Of a stretch of DNA of 64,000 nucleotides, positions 40,292 through 50,616 are shown in pieces. The notes under the pieces were generated by a model. That model searched no databases, was not told where the DNA came from, and saw nothing but the letters and a program-made list of their open reading frames with translations. Source of the DNA: Kordiimonadales bacterium (GTDB lineage: Bacteria > Pseudomonadota > Alphaproteobacteria > Sphingomonadales > Kordiimonadaceae); the NCBI GenBank assembly GCA_002401685.1, contig NVTU01000005.1, forward strand, positions 34 to 64,033, given 5' to 3'. A program made the translations under genes and the position numbers. How positions within the stretch are numbered: the first letter of the stretch is position 1; each line of letters opens with the position of its first letter.

Positions 40292-40975
40292 ATGAATAAC
40301 GCACAGCAATACGGTGTCGCAGATAAGCGGCTTGTGGCGGAAGGCCTATCTTGCAGGCGCGGCGGTAGAACTGTGTTTGAAGGTCTTGGCTTTGAACTTG
40401 GTGCAGGGGACTATTTGCAGCTGAAAGGTAAGAACGGCAGTGGAAAATCAACTTTATTACGCTTGCTTGCTGGATTATTACCATCCCGCACCGGTTCTGT
40501 GTCCTTCGGAGCTGAGAAGTTTGAAGGCGCAGATGTGGCACTGTCCTCTGAGGCTATTTACCTTGGCCACCAGCATGCGTTGAAGCCGGTTTTGACACTG
40601 CAAGAGAACTGTGAGAATTTTTTCCAGCTGATGGCAGGGTCCACTTTGGGGGCCAGTAGGCTAGAAACAGCAGCTGAGGCTTTTGGTCTTACAAACTTAA
40701 TTGATATGCCCGTCCGTCTTTTCTCCAGCGGGCAAACACACCGCTGTGCTTTGTTGCGCTTTCTTCTGCTCGACAGGCCCATCTGGATGATGGATGAACC
40801 GACAGTGGGGCTCGACAGTGAAAATAGGCTTCGTCTTGAAGCTGTGATGAAAAGCCATCTGTCTCGCGGCGGCATATTAATCGCGGCAACGCATGACCCG
40901 ATTGATGTCGCAGGCAAAGTGCTGGAGTTGGCAGACTTTCAGGCAAAACTGGATTTTGAGGGGGATTGGCTATGA
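40292..40975 (+). CDS. ccmA: Heme ABC exporter ATPase CcmA
   Basis: GKNGSGKST, FSSGQ, WMMDEP; first gene of the ccm cluster. Confidence 0.93.
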   Translation: MNNAQQYGVADKRLVAEGLSCRRGGRTVFEGLGFELGAGDYLQLKGKNGSGKSTLLRLLAGLLPSRTGSVSFGAEKFEGADVALSSEAIYLGHQHALKPVLTLQENCENFFQLMAGSTLGASRLETAAEAFGLTNLIDMPVRLFSSGQTHRCALLRFLLLDRPIWMMDEPTVGLDSENRLRLEAVMKSHLSRGGILIAATHDPIDVAGKVLELADFQAKLDFEGDWL

Positions 40976-41646
40976 GCGGGTTCGCCATTTTCCGTGGGAT
41001 CGTGGCGCGCGACGTGCGCCTTGCCTGGTCGCAAGGCGGGACAGGATCGATGGCGTTGTCGTTTTTCCTGATCGCCGTTTCGCTTTTCCCGTTCGGTGTT
41101 GGGGCTGATCCGCAAATACTGGCCAAAATTTCTTCGGGTATTATTTGGGTGGTGGCCCTGCTTGCGTGCCTGCTTAGCCTTGATAGGCTTTTTCAGGCTG
41201 ATTACGAGGACGGCAGCCTCGATGATTTTGCGCTCTCGCCGCTGGGGTTAACCGGCGTTGTGTATGCCAAAATTCTGGCGCACTGGCTGGCTACAATTGT
41301 GCCGCTGATTTTAATCGCGCCGTTGCTTGGGGTGATGATGAAACTACCGTCTGAAGCCTACGGCATGTTGATGCTGTCGCTGCTGGTGGGTACGCCTGCG
41401 CTCAGTTTGCTCGGTGCAATCGGCGCAGCGCTTACTGTTTCTATAAGGCGCGGCGGTGTGTTAATGTCGCTTTTGGTGCTGCCGCTCTATATACCAACCT
41501 TAATCTTCGGTGTTGGTGTGGTCGACGCAGTTATTTTATCGGGCAACCCACACCAGCTTTTGGCAGTTCTTGGTGCAGTATCTTTGGTCGCATTTGCAAT
41601 CGCACCGTTTGCATCTGCTGCTGCAATTCGGTTGGCGCTGGAATGA
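40972..41646 (+). CDS. ccmB: Heme exporter permease CcmB
   Basis: LDRLFQADYEDGSL, LLVLPLYIPTLIFG; ATGA overlap with ccmA. Confidence 0.95.
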   Translation: MSGFAIFRGIVARDVRLAWSQGGTGSMALSFFLIAVSLFPFGVGADPQILAKISSGIIWVVALLACLLSLDRLFQADYEDGSLDDFALSPLGLTGVVYAKILAHWLATIVPLILIAPLLGVMMKLPSEAYGMLMLSLLVGTPALSLLGAIGAALTVSIRRGGVLMSLLVLPLYIPTLIFGVGVVDAVILSGNPHQLLAVLGAVSLVAFAIAPFASAAAIRLALE

Positions 41647-41748
41647 TGCATGGTGGTGTTCTGGGCTTGATCAAATGGACTAATAATTCGGACACTGGGG
41701 CAACAGGTCGCACTTGCCGCCCTCCTCTGGAACAGGTAGAGAAGGCTC

Positions 41749-42480
41749 ATGCATAAATACGCCAATCCCGCCAAGTTTAATGAGCTTGCCGATAAAATTC
41801 TGCCGTGGGCAATTTTTCTAACAGTCAGTTGTTTTCTGGCAGGCCTTTATTTGATTTTTTTTGAAGCCCCTGATGACGGTGAGCAAGGCGTTCGCGCGCG
41901 CATCATGTATGTGCATGTGCCTGCGGCCTACGCTGCTAGCGCGACCTATTTCTCATTGGCGGTTGCCAGCTTTGTCGCGCTCGTTTGGCGGCACCCGTTG
42001 GCGTTGATCGCAGGCCGTGCTGCGGCGCCCATTGGCGCGATGTTTACTGTGCTTGCCCTTGCGACTGGAGCGCTGTGGGGCAAACCTACGTGGGGCACAT
42101 ACTGGGAATGGGACGGTCGGATGACGTCTGTTCTTATCCTATTGTTTTTCTATATTGGATATATGGCACTGTGGCGTGCGATGGAAGACCACGAAAAAGC
42201 GGGGCGAGCCTCATCCATTCTGGCACTGGTCGGTGTAGTGAACTTGCCGATCATCAAGTTTTCTGTCGATTGGTGGAATAGCCTGCACCAGCCAGCCAGT
42301 ATATTCCGGGTTGATGGCCCTAAAATAGCACCAGAGTTATTGACGCCTTTATTTGTAATGCTGGTGGCATACCAGCTTTATTTTGTTGTGGTGCTGTTGT
42401 GGCGGATGAAGCTGGAGATCGGTGCTCGCAAAATTGAAATGATGCGCCAAGTCGCGATGAGCGAAGGGCGCAGAGTATGA
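41749..42480 (+). CDS. ccmC: Heme exporter protein CcmC
   Basis: YVHVP, WGKPTWGTYWEWDGR (WWD domain), WWNSLHQ. Confidence 0.96.
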   Translation: MHKYANPAKFNELADKILPWAIFLTVSCFLAGLYLIFFEAPDDGEQGVRARIMYVHVPAAYAASATYFSLAVASFVALVWRHPLALIAGRAAAPIGAMFTVLALATGALWGKPTWGTYWEWDGRMTSVLILLFFYIGYMALWRAMEDHEKAGRASSILALVGVVNLPIIKFSVDWWNSLHQPASIFRVDGPKIAPELLTPLFVMLVAYQLYFVVVLLWRMKLEIGARKIEMMRQVAMSEGRRV

Positions 42481-42668
42481 CCGACTATTCTTTTTTTATA
42501 AATTCAGCTTACGGTCTGTCTGGCGTGGCGCTGTTTTTGATGGCGGCCCTAAGTTACCGCGGAATGAAGCGTAACGAGCAAGAGGCCGCAACCCTCCGCA
42601 GACGGCGCAAAGAAGCCACAGCAGCAGATGCGAACCGTGATACAGTAGAGAATGAGGCACAAAGCTAA
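42477..42668 (+). CDS. ccmD: Heme exporter protein CcmD
   Basis: Short single-TM protein (Y..FI.SAYG) with basic tail, between ccmC and ccmE. Confidence 0.88.
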   Translation: MTDYSFFINSAYGLSGVALFLMAALSYRGMKRNEQEAATLRRRRKEATAADANRDTVENEAQS

Positions 42669-43186
42669 TGGCAGGTGGATTAAGAACGCGTAAGAAACAG
42701 CGACTTTGGATTGTTAGCACAGCGCTGACAGCCGTTATTGGCGCGGTGCTGCTAATCTTATTTGCGCTCGGCGGTGATGGGTTTAATCTGTTTTTGCAGC
42801 CAACCGCCGTAAAAGAAAAGCAGATTGTAGCCGGACAACGTTTTCGTCTGGGGGGCCTTGTTAAAGCGGCTTCGTTTAGGCGTTTGGAAGACGGATTGAC
42901 CTATGAGTTTCTGGTCACTGACTGTGTAACCGATATAAATGTTCACTTTAGAGGTATCTTACCGGACCTTTTTCGCGAGGGCCAAGGCGTTATCACTGAA
43001 GGTCGACTTGATGATACTGGTTTGTTTGTTGCCGACACGGTGCTGGCAAAACACGACGAAAATTACGCACCGCCCGGCACCGCGCCCAAAGATGCGGGCC
43101 TGTGCGAGCACCCAGAAGAGGGTGGTTTTGGCGCCTATACTAAAGAAAAAAACCTAGTGGCTAAAGAAGAAGAGGCGCTCCTGTGA
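42668..43186 (+). CDS. ccmE: Heme chaperone CcmE
   Basis: RLGGLV, GILPDLFREGQG, LAKHDENY. Confidence 0.96.
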   Translation: MAGGLRTRKKQRLWIVSTALTAVIGAVLLILFALGGDGFNLFLQPTAVKEKQIVAGQRFRLGGLVKAASFRRLEDGLTYEFLVTDCVTDINVHFRGILPDLFREGQGVITEGRLDDTGLFVADTVLAKHDENYAPPGTAPKDAGLCEHPEEGGFGAYTKEKNLVAKEEEALL

Positions 43187-45186
43187 TAGCAGAGCTTGGT
43201 CATTTCGCCCTTATTGTGGCTCTAATGCTCGCAATTCTTGGCGCTACCGTGCCGCACTATGCTATTTTCCGGCGGGATACACGCTTAATGGCGCTTTCAG
43301 ATCCGTTCGCTTATGGGCAGTTCTTCATGGCGGCCACGGCTTTTGGCGCGTTGATGTACTCCTATATAATCTCGGACTTTTCAGTGTTGAACGTGGCAGC
43401 CAATTCGCACACCAGTAAGCCATTGCTTTATAAAATATCAGGCGTATGGGGCAATCATGAGGGCAGCTTGCTGCTGTGGGTTTTGATCCTGACGCTTTTC
43501 GCTGCAGCTGTGGCGTGGCGCGGTAAGGGGTTGCCGCTGCGGTTCAGGTCTCGTGTGCTAGCAGTGCAAAGTACGCTCTGCATCGGGTTTCTGATGTTTA
43601 TCATTTTCACGAGTAACCCATTTCTGCGGCTTGATCCGGCACCTTTTGAGGGCAACGGGCTAAATCCGTTGCTGCAGGACCCGGGCCTCGCCTTCCATCC
43701 GCCTATGCTTTATATCGGCTATGTGGGGCTTAGCATTGCTTTCTCGTTTGCTGTGGCCGCGTTGATCGAAGGTGAAGTGACGCCACTTTGGGCGCGCTGG
43801 GTAAGGCCTTGGACACTTGCTGCTTGGATATTCCTAACCGGCGGTATCGCGCTGGGCAGTTGGTGGGCTTATTATGAGCTAGGCTGGGGCGGCTGGTGGT
43901 TCTGGGACCCGGTGGAGAACGCCAGCTTTATGCCGTGGTTAGCCGCGACCGCTTTACTGCATTCTTCCATTGTGGTTGAGAAACGCGATGCCCTTAAAAG
44001 CTGGACGATCCTGTTATCGATCATCGCATTCTCCTTCAGTCTGCTGGGCACTTTCCTTGTGCGCTCGGGCGTACTTACGTCAGTTCATGCGTTTGCTGTC
44101 GACCCTGAGCGTGGGGTGTTTATCCTTGGCTTCCTGGCGATCGTTATTGGTGGCTCACTAGCGCTTTACGCTTGGCGGGCACCGCGCCTTACACCGAGCG
44201 GCATGTTTGGCGTGGTTAGCCGCGAAAGCGCGTTGATCCTCAATAATGTTTTATTATCCACATTTGCGGCTGTGGTGCTTGTTGGCACATTGTACCCGCT
44301 GGTGCTGGAAGCGATCAACGGTACGCAAATTACTGTTGGCCCGCCTTTCTTTGAATTTGCGGCCACGGTGTTAATGAGCCCCCTGATCGTTGCCTTAGGT
44401 TTTGGGCCCTTGCTGGCCTGGAAGCGCGGGCGAATTAGCCGTGCTGCGCAAGTGCTTATCCCTGCAGCTATTGTCGGCGTCGTCACTTTTTGGCTGGTTA
44501 TTTGGGATAAAGCAGGCGGTATTATGATGACCGGTTTTGGCCTGGCACTGGCAGCTTGGCTGATGGTGTCCGTGCTGATGGAAATCGCCGAACGTACCAA
44601 ACTATTTAAAAATCCAAAAAAGTTCCTCACTCGTTTGGTGCGCTTGCCTCGTGCCACATGGGGCATGAGTTTGGCGCATTTTGGCCTCGGCGTTATTGTG
44701 TTGGGTATTACCGTTAGTGAAGCGTGGACATCGGAACAGCTGCGGGTGATGAGCCCGGGTGATACTGCAGAAGTCGCGGGTTTTGAATTTAAACTGGAAG
44801 GCGTGGAGCCAATTGCGGGGCCAAATTATACAGCCGTGCGTGCTGCCTTTACTGTGACACGGAACGGCGAGCTGGTAGCGCCGCTTTATGCAGAAGACCG
44901 GGTATTTAGTGACCCACCAATGCCGACAACAGAAGCTGGTATTTACCCACTGTTTCGCGGCGACCTGTACGCTGTAATTGGTGAGTATTTGGGTGATAAC
45001 CGTTGGTCTGTTCGGCTTTATTTCAAACCCTTCATCTCAGGCATTTGGGTCGGTGCTGGGTTGATGGTGCTCGGCGGCATTATATCACTCTCCGACCGTA
45101 GCCGTAGGATCGGCGCGCCGGCTGGGCGCAGGCGTTCCAAACCTAAACAACCTGCTGTGCCGGTTGGCCAGACACAGGAAGGATAA
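43183..45186 (+). CDS. ccmF: Cytochrome c heme lyase CcmF
   Basis: WGNHEGS, HPPMLY, WAYYELGWGGWWFWDPVEN, SVHAFA. Confidence 0.97.
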   Translation: MIAELGHFALIVALMLAILGATVPHYAIFRRDTRLMALSDPFAYGQFFMAATAFGALMYSYIISDFSVLNVAANSHTSKPLLYKISGVWGNHEGSLLLWVLILTLFAAAVAWRGKGLPLRFRSRVLAVQSTLCIGFLMFIIFTSNPFLRLDPAPFEGNGLNPLLQDPGLAFHPPMLYIGYVGLSIAFSFAVAALIEGEVTPLWARWVRPWTLAAWIFLTGGIALGSWWAYYELGWGGWWFWDPVENASFMPWLAATALLHSSIVVEKRDALKSWTILLSIIAFSFSLLGTFLVRSGVLTSVHAFAVDPERGVFILGFLAIVIGGSLALYAWRAPRLTPSGMFGVVSRESALILNNVLLSTFAAVVLVGTLYPLVLEAINGTQITVGPPFFEFAATVLMSPLIVALGFGPLLAWKRGRISRAAQVLIPAAIVGVVTFWLVIWDKAGGIMMTGFGLALAAWLMVSVLMEIAERTKLFKNPKKFLTRLVRLPRATWGMSLAHFGLGVIVLGITVSEAWTSEQLRVMSPGDTAEVAGFEFKLEGVEPIAGPNYTAVRAAFTVTRNGELVAPLYAEDRVFSDPPMPTTEAGIYPLFRGDLYAVIGEYLGDNRWSVRLYFKPFISGIWVGAGLMVLGGIISLSDRSRRIGAPAGRRRSKPKQPAVPVGQTQEG

Positions 45187-45192
45187 AATGCG

Positions 45193-45729
45193 ATGACAGG
45201 GTTCAAACGCTTTATTCCACTGTTGATTGTGCTACTGCTTGGCGCAGTGTTTTTTAAATCGATGACGGACGGGCACAATCCAAAAGAAATAAAAAGCGTG
45301 CGCATTGATAAGCCCGCCCCTGTGTTTTCTCTGAGGCTGCTTGCGGATGAAAAAATACAAGCAACAGACGCTATTCTTAAAACTGGTAAGCCGGTCTTGG
45401 TGAATTTTTTCGCTAGCTGGTGCGCGCCGTGCCGTGCTGAACATGAAAGCCTGATGACCCTGGCGTTTGATAAAGGTATTCCGATCATCGGCATTGCTTA
45501 CAAAGATGATCCAATCAAGTCTCAGCGGTTCCTAGATAGTCTCGGCAACCCTTTTGCACAGGTAGTTGTTGACCGCGCTGGCCGCGCAGGGATCGATTGG
45601 GGCGTAACAGGTGTTCCGGAGACTTTTCTTGTAGATGGAGACGGTATTGTGCGGTACCGGCACTGGGGCCCGATCGTTGGAGACGCTGCCATCGGCCGCG
45701 TGATGGCAGCGGTTGAGGACCTTGAATAA
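45193..45729 (+). CDS. ccmG: Thiol:disulfide oxidoreductase CcmG/DsbE
   Basis: NFFASWCAPCRAEH, GVTGVPETF. Confidence 0.95.
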   Translation: MTGFKRFIPLLIVLLLGAVFFKSMTDGHNPKEIKSVRIDKPAPVFSLRLLADEKIQATDAILKTGKPVLVNFFASWCAPCRAEHESLMTLAFDKGIPIIGIAYKDDPIKSQRFLDSLGNPFAQVVVDRAGRAGIDWGVTGVPETFLVDGDGIVRYRHWGPIVGDAAIGRVMAAVEDLE

Positions 45730-46208
45730 TGAAGCATCTGTTTGCCTTTTTCTTGCTGGTGTTAGCAGCCGCTTTGCCAGCTACCGCGTCGGATACGCCG
45801 CTGAAAGACCCAGTACAAGAAGCCGCAGCCAGGGAACTCATGAAAGAAATTCGCTGCCTTGTCTGTCAGAATCAATCGATTGAAGATTCGAATGCTGATT
45901 TAGCAAAAGACTTGCGCGATATCGTGCGGGAGCAGGTAGCGCTCGGAGCTACCCCTGATCAAGTGCGGGCCTATTTGGTTGATCGGTACGGCGACTGGGT
46001 TCTGTTGAAGCCGCCGGTTAACCGTCTGACATGGTTTTTATGGGGCTCACCCTTTTTGGTGTTGGGCGGTGTTTTGATCGCTGTGGTTAGTTCGCGGAAG
46101 AAAGCGGCAGTGTCGGAGCCACTTACCAGCGAAGAGCAGGCACGTTTAGATGAGTTGTTACGGGCGGCACCTGAAAGTGATCAAATAAAGGGCAGTGAAA
46201 AACAATGA
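45729..46208 (+). CDS. ccmH: Cytochrome c biogenesis protein CcmH
   Basis: IRCLVCQNQSIEDS, RYGDWVLLKP. Confidence 0.95.
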   Translation: MKHLFAFFLLVLAAALPATASDTPLKDPVQEAAARELMKEIRCLVCQNQSIEDSNADLAKDLRDIVREQVALGATPDQVRAYLVDRYGDWVLLKPPVNRLTWFLWGSPFLVLGGVLIAVVSSRKKAAVSEPLTSEEQARLDELLRAAPESDQIKGSEKQ

Positions 46209-47305
46209 TAATTTGGCTGCTTATCGCCAGTATTTTGGCGCTTCTTGCGGTGCTCTTGCTCAAGGGTGGACGAGAGGATACGCGGGAGGCTGATCCTGTT
46301 TCCCATTACCGTCGACAATTGGTTGAGCTCGACGAAGAAGTTGAAAGCCAGACCATAGATCCGGCATCTGCCGCGGCTGCGAAGCTTGAGATTGAGCGCC
46401 GCATTCTAAAACTTGCAGATAGTCGGGTGGGATTGTCGGCGTTTTCAAAAAGCGGCATTCGGCCAGTTTTGCTATTGGTGGGAATAATTTCGGTAGCATC
46501 CCTAGGCCTTTATGCGAAAGTTGGAAGCCCGTCGAAACCAGCGCAGCCAAGCCAAACCGCATCTTTGCTCGATGAGCCTATATCCGCGGAGGGGCAGCAG
46601 AGTTTTGGTGATGCAATAAGCCAGCTAGAAAGGCGCGTTGAGGCGGAGCCTACAGATAAAAAAGCCCTGGAACTGTTGGCAAAAACAGCGCGGCAGGTCC
46701 GTGTTTTTTCTAAAGCTGCAAATGCTTTTGGAAAGTTGGCAGACTTAGAGCCTGAGGTGAGCCGTTGGCGCGTTCAACAGCTGGAAGCTTATATAGCGAT
46801 GGCCAATGGCCGTGTTACACCGGCGGCAGATCTAATTTTGCAGGATATTCTAACCAGAGAACCCGACCATCCTGCCGGGCAATATTACCAAGCGTTATCT
46901 CACTTGCAAGCAGGCGACACCGATATCGCAATAGCCATCTGGCGGGCCCTAAAAGCCCGTTCCACGGCTGAGGCACCGTGGATGCCAGCGGTTAATCAAC
47001 AGCTTTCACAACTTGGAATTATACCACCGAAAATAACCGATGAACAGATCGCGGGTGTCGCTGCAATGACGCCTGAGGAGCAAGGTGCCTTCATTCAATC
47101 GATGATAGATAGGCTCAAATCAAGGCTCGAATCGGCCCCTGACAATCCTGAAGGCTGGCTTATGCTTGCGCGGTCACAAGCCTCAATTGGGGATAAAAAT
47201 TCTGCAATTGAGACCATTAATAGGGCGTTCACATTCGTTAAGGTAGATAATCGGGCCGATTTGCAGGCGCTTCTTGACAATCTATTAGGATTACCTAACT
47301 CTTAA
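46205..47305 (+). CDS. ccmI: Cytochrome c biogenesis TPR protein CcmI/CycH
   Basis: N-terminal TM, YRRQLVEL...EIERRIL, second TM, TPR repeats, PDNPEGWLMLARS. Confidence 0.92.
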   Translation: MIIWLLIASILALLAVLLLKGGREDTREADPVSHYRRQLVELDEEVESQTIDPASAAAAKLEIERRILKLADSRVGLSAFSKSGIRPVLLLVGIISVASLGLYAKVGSPSKPAQPSQTASLLDEPISAEGQQSFGDAISQLERRVEAEPTDKKALELLAKTARQVRVFSKAANAFGKLADLEPEVSRWRVQQLEAYIAMANGRVTPAADLILQDILTREPDHPAGQYYQALSHLQAGDTDIAIAIWRALKARSTAEAPWMPAVNQQLSQLGIIPPKITDEQIAGVAAMTPEEQGAFIQSMIDRLKSRLESAPDNPEGWLMLARSQASIGDKNSAIETINRAFTFVKVDNRADLQALLDNLLGLPNS

Positions 47306-47449
47306 CTAGCTGGTCATGTTTTAAAGTTACAGTTCAATTAATTGGACCGAGTAAATATGAATCACGCGTCAATACGTGGGCACGAAGAAATCGCGCGCCT
47401 AAAATATGGACACGAAACTAGTTTCAATCTTGATTAGGGTCAGGCGGCC

Positions 47450-47809
47450 ATGGTCGATATAAATTCAGACGCTTCGTCGTTACAGTCGAGGCTGCAGGCT
47501 CAGTTGCAAGCCGAAAAAAGTGTAGCGAAAACGCAGTCAAGGGCGGGCGATACGAGGCCAGGTCCTCGTGATGCGATCGATGATCGTATCCGTGCTCGGC
47601 GGCAAGAAGTTAGCGATACTCGACGGTCTGAGAATCGCGAAAATGTCCGTAATGCGGACCTTTCCTCAGCTGCGGAAATAGACAGCGCCAAGGAAAGCAT
47701 TCTTCGGGTAGCTGGTAATACACGCGAAGCACCGATTGGTAGAACTTCGTTGAGGCTGAACGAACTTCGGGACCAGCCACTTGGACAAATTATCGATATC
47801 CGTGTCTAA
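47450..47809 (+). CDS. Hypothetical protein ending in GQIIDIRV
   Basis: Clean 119-aa hydrophilic ORF followed by a hairpin (AGCTAAGCC...GGCTTAGCT). Confidence 0.65.
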   Translation: MVDINSDASSLQSRLQAQLQAEKSVAKTQSRAGDTRPGPRDAIDDRIRARRQEVSDTRRSENRENVRNADLSSAAEIDSAKESILRVAGNTREAPIGRTSLRLNELRDQPLGQIIDIRV

Positions 47810-48010
47810 GCTAAGCCGGTAGAGCGGGCTTAGCTGGCAAACCTGCTGAAGCTAACCTTCAGCGCGGTGATGATCTCAGGACAATAAATTCATTGTAATC
47901 CAGCTGTTTTTTTAGATTAAATTTACGGCGAAAAGAGTGAAAGCCTGGTCAAATGCAAGCATTTGAAAATACTAGTGGACCTGAGAGCATGTTCGCCCCA
48001 GATTATTGCC

Positions 48011-48550
48011 ATGAGCGCACCTAGTCCATATCCTGCAAACTTCGGTCAGAAAATCCCAGCTGGCGATGATCATGAACGTGCTGTCTGTGAGGATTGCGGT
48101 TTCATTGCTTATGAAAACCCAAAAATTATTGCAGGTGCTGTTGTCACCTTTGAGGATAAGTTTTTACTATGTAGGCGAGCTATTGAGCCGCGGAAGGGAA
48201 AATGGACAATCCCGGCGGGCTTTCTAGAACTCGGTGAAGCACCGCACGAAGGTGCTAAACGCGAGGCGTTTGAAGAAGCCACAGCTCTGATCACCATTAC
48301 GGATCTTTTGGCTGTTTATTCGGTGAGACGGATAAGCCAAGTTCATATGATGTACCGGGCAACTTTAGCAAAACCAAAGTTCAGCGCCGGTATCGAAAGC
48401 GAAGAAGTGGTACTGTTCGCTTGGGACGATATCCCGTGGGATGAGCTTGCATTCCCCAGTGTGCACTGGGTTCTAAATCATTTCCGTGAAGTTGAAGGGC
48501 AAAAATCCTTTGTGCCTTTCACTAACCCTGCAGGATGGGAACACGTTTAA
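48011..48550 (+). CDS. NUDIX hydrolase with N-terminal zinc ribbon
   Basis: [22 protein letters not shown]...[10 protein letters not shown] Nudix box, WDELAFPS. Confidence 0.92.
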   Translation: MSAPSPYPANFGQKIPAGDDHERAVCEDCGFIAYENPKIIAGAVVTFEDKFLLCRRAIEPRKGKWTIPAGFLELGEAPHEGAKREAFEEATALITITDLLAVYSVRRISQVHMMYRATLAKPKFSAGIESEEVVLFAWDDIPWDELAFPSVHWVLNHFREVEGQKSFVPFTNPAGWEHV

Positions 48551-48610
48551 GTTCCTAGGCGCTAGCGCGCTGTTCTACGCGTTGCCCACCGTTAATGGAC
48601 GGTATGCGTC

Positions 48611-49207
48611 CTAGTCGCCTTTTTTATTTTCTTCAGCTGTGGCTTCAAGGTCAGGCATATATTTCAGTAAGTTGGCGATAATCCAAAAGTTGAATACTAG
48701 GAAGGCGCCCGTGAAACCAAACACCTTCACGTTCACCCATGTATCTTCTGAGAAATTCCGCCAAATAACCTCGTTGAACACCATCATAGCCAGGAAAAAT
48801 ACCACGGCTTGTTTGGTTAACTTGCGCCATACATCATCAGGTGCCTCCGCACCCAGCACTGATGCCAACATGTTTTTAACGATAAGTTTTCCGCGCAACA
48901 TGGCGATGCCGAGGATCGCAGCGAACAGCGCGTAGACAATGGTTGGTTTCATCTTAACGAAGGTGGGGTCTTTCAAGAATAACGTCAGGCCGCCCATAAC
49001 CATCACCACGCCGAAGGTGAACCAAAGCATCCCGGATATTCTGCCAGTGATCAGCTTGGACGCGATAAGCCCGCCAACGATCGCAACCATAAACACGGCG
49101 GTGGCCACATAGATGTCATAAAATTTATAACTGACGAAAAAGATAACCAGCGGGCCAAAATCGATAAGCATCTGCTTGGTTTGGGATGTGGTATTTTTGT
49201 CAGCCAT
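48611..49207 (-). CDS. yciB: Inner membrane protein YciB/IspZ
   Basis: DFGPLVIFF, FVKMKPTI, WVNVKVFG. Confidence 0.93.
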   Translation of the reverse strand: MADKNTTSQTKQMLIDFGPLVIFFVSYKFYDIYVATAVFMVAIVGGLIASKLITGRISGMLWFTFGVVMVMGGLTLFLKDPTFVKMKPTIVYALFAAILGIAMLRGKLIVKNMLASVLGAEAPDDVWRKLTKQAVVFFLAMMVFNEVIWRNFSEDTWVNVKVFGFTGAFLVFNFWIIANLLKYMPDLEATAEENKKGD

Positions 49208-49311
49208 TCAGTCTTCTCTCATTACAGCACGGTACTAAACATATAGTTCGGCTTGCTGGCCCCCTTTTTCAAGCGCAGGGTGGCCAACAATTTTAATTAA
49301 GTAGACCTCTT

Positions 49312-50616
49312 ATGCTGCAACTCATTAAAGACCGCAACTTCCTTACATACTGGATCGGACAATTCGTCTCAGTGGTGGGCGATCATATCAGCTTTATTGC
49401 CTTTCCTTTTCTGGTCCTGCAGCTGACCGATAGTGGTGCGATGATGGGGCTCGTGTTCGCGGTACAGGGCTTGCCGCGCGCGGCCTTGATGCTGATGGGT
49501 GGCGCCGTAGTTGACCGCTACAGTCCGCGCCTAGTGATGATGGTATCAAATATATTCCGTTTCGCCGTGATCATGCTGATGGCTTATCTGATTTATGTTG
49601 ATCAGGTAACGCTAGAGGTGATTTTTATCGCAGCACTGTCTTTTGGTGTTGTTGACGCATTCTTCTACCCAGCCAGCATTGCTATCGTGCCGGCGCTTGT
49701 GGTGAAAGACATGCTACAAAAAGCAAATGCGCTGGTCCACGGGTCAATTTATGTAGGGGTCATCATTGGGCCTGCGATCGGGGGGCTAATTATTGCCGGA
49801 GAAGTTACGACACTTGGGCACGGGGCTGGTGATGCCGCAACATACGAAAGCAATCGGCTCGGTTTTGCGCGCGCTTTCTTTATCGACGGCCTCACTTTTT
49901 TGGCGTCGTTCCTAACGTTGCTTTTTGTGAGAGCGCGGGTGCTAGGTGAAGACGATGGCTCAGACGAACCGCGGGCTTCAATGATTGCTGAGGTGGTTGA
50001 GGGCATCAAATGGGTTTGGTCGAAACCAACCATTCGCCTTGGTTTTCTAGGTATCGCCGTGATTGAGTTCTTTTTTCAGGCCCCTATATTTATTGGCCTT
50101 CCAATGCTGACCAAAGTGCGATTTTTGGAGCCGACTTATATCTACGGCATCATCATTGCGGCGTGGGGCGCTGGGGCACTGATCGGGTCAGTGCTTGCTG
50201 GCAGCCTGAAGCCAATCCCAGAACGATTTCTCGTAAGAATTATGTTCTCTGTCTTTATTGCTTCCGGCGCAGCACTGGGGCTGGTTATTGTATATGAACC
50301 CTATTGGTGGGCAATGCTGGTATTTTTCATCGCAGGTATCGGCGACAGCTTTGTCATGCTCAATTTCACCACATGGGTTCAAAAGAAAACACCCGAAAAA
50401 CTGCTCGGCAGGGTGATGAGTATTTTTACCTTCATGTCTGTTGGGTTGGTGCCGGTTGCGGCGATCGCGCTGGGGTCAGCGTTTGAGTGGAACCTCGAGC
50501 TTACCTTGATCATTGTCTCTGGTATACTCGTTGTCTCTTGTTTGATCGCTGCCCTACATAAGGACGCAGAATACAGGAATGACGGGGAAGAAGATAAATT
50601 GCAGGAACAATCATAA
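49312..50616 (+). CDS. MFS transporter (DHA3/macrolide-efflux-like)
   Basis: RNF..YWIGQ..S..GD, GGAVVDRY, LLGRVMS; 12 TM helices. Confidence 0.9.
   Translation: MLQLIKDRNFLTYWIGQFVSVVGDHISFIAFPFLVLQLTDSGAMMGLVFAVQGLPRAALMLMGGAVVDRYSPRLVMMVSNIFRFAVIMLMAYLIYVDQVTLEVIFIAALSFGVVDAFFYPASIAIVPALVVKDMLQKANALVHGSIYVGVIIGPAIGGLIIAGEVTTLGHGAGDAATYESNRLGFARAFFIDGLTFLASFLTLLFVRARVLGEDDGSDEPRASMIAEVVEGIKWVWSKPTIRLGFLGIAVIEFFFQAPIFIGLPMLTKVRFLEPTYIYGIIIAAWGAGALIGSVLAGSLKPIPERFLVRIMFSVFIASGAALGLVIVYEPYWWAMLVFFIAGIGDSFVMLNFTTWVQKKTPEKLLGRVMSIFTFMSVGLVPVAAIALGSAFEWNLELTLIIVSGILVVSCLIAALHKDAEYRNDGEEDKLQEQS

Noticed and set aside
37916-40541. Long ORFs 37916-38623 (+), 39117-39638 (+) and 39765-40541 (-)
   Set aside because: Shadows overlapping the crotonase, cls and ccmA genes.
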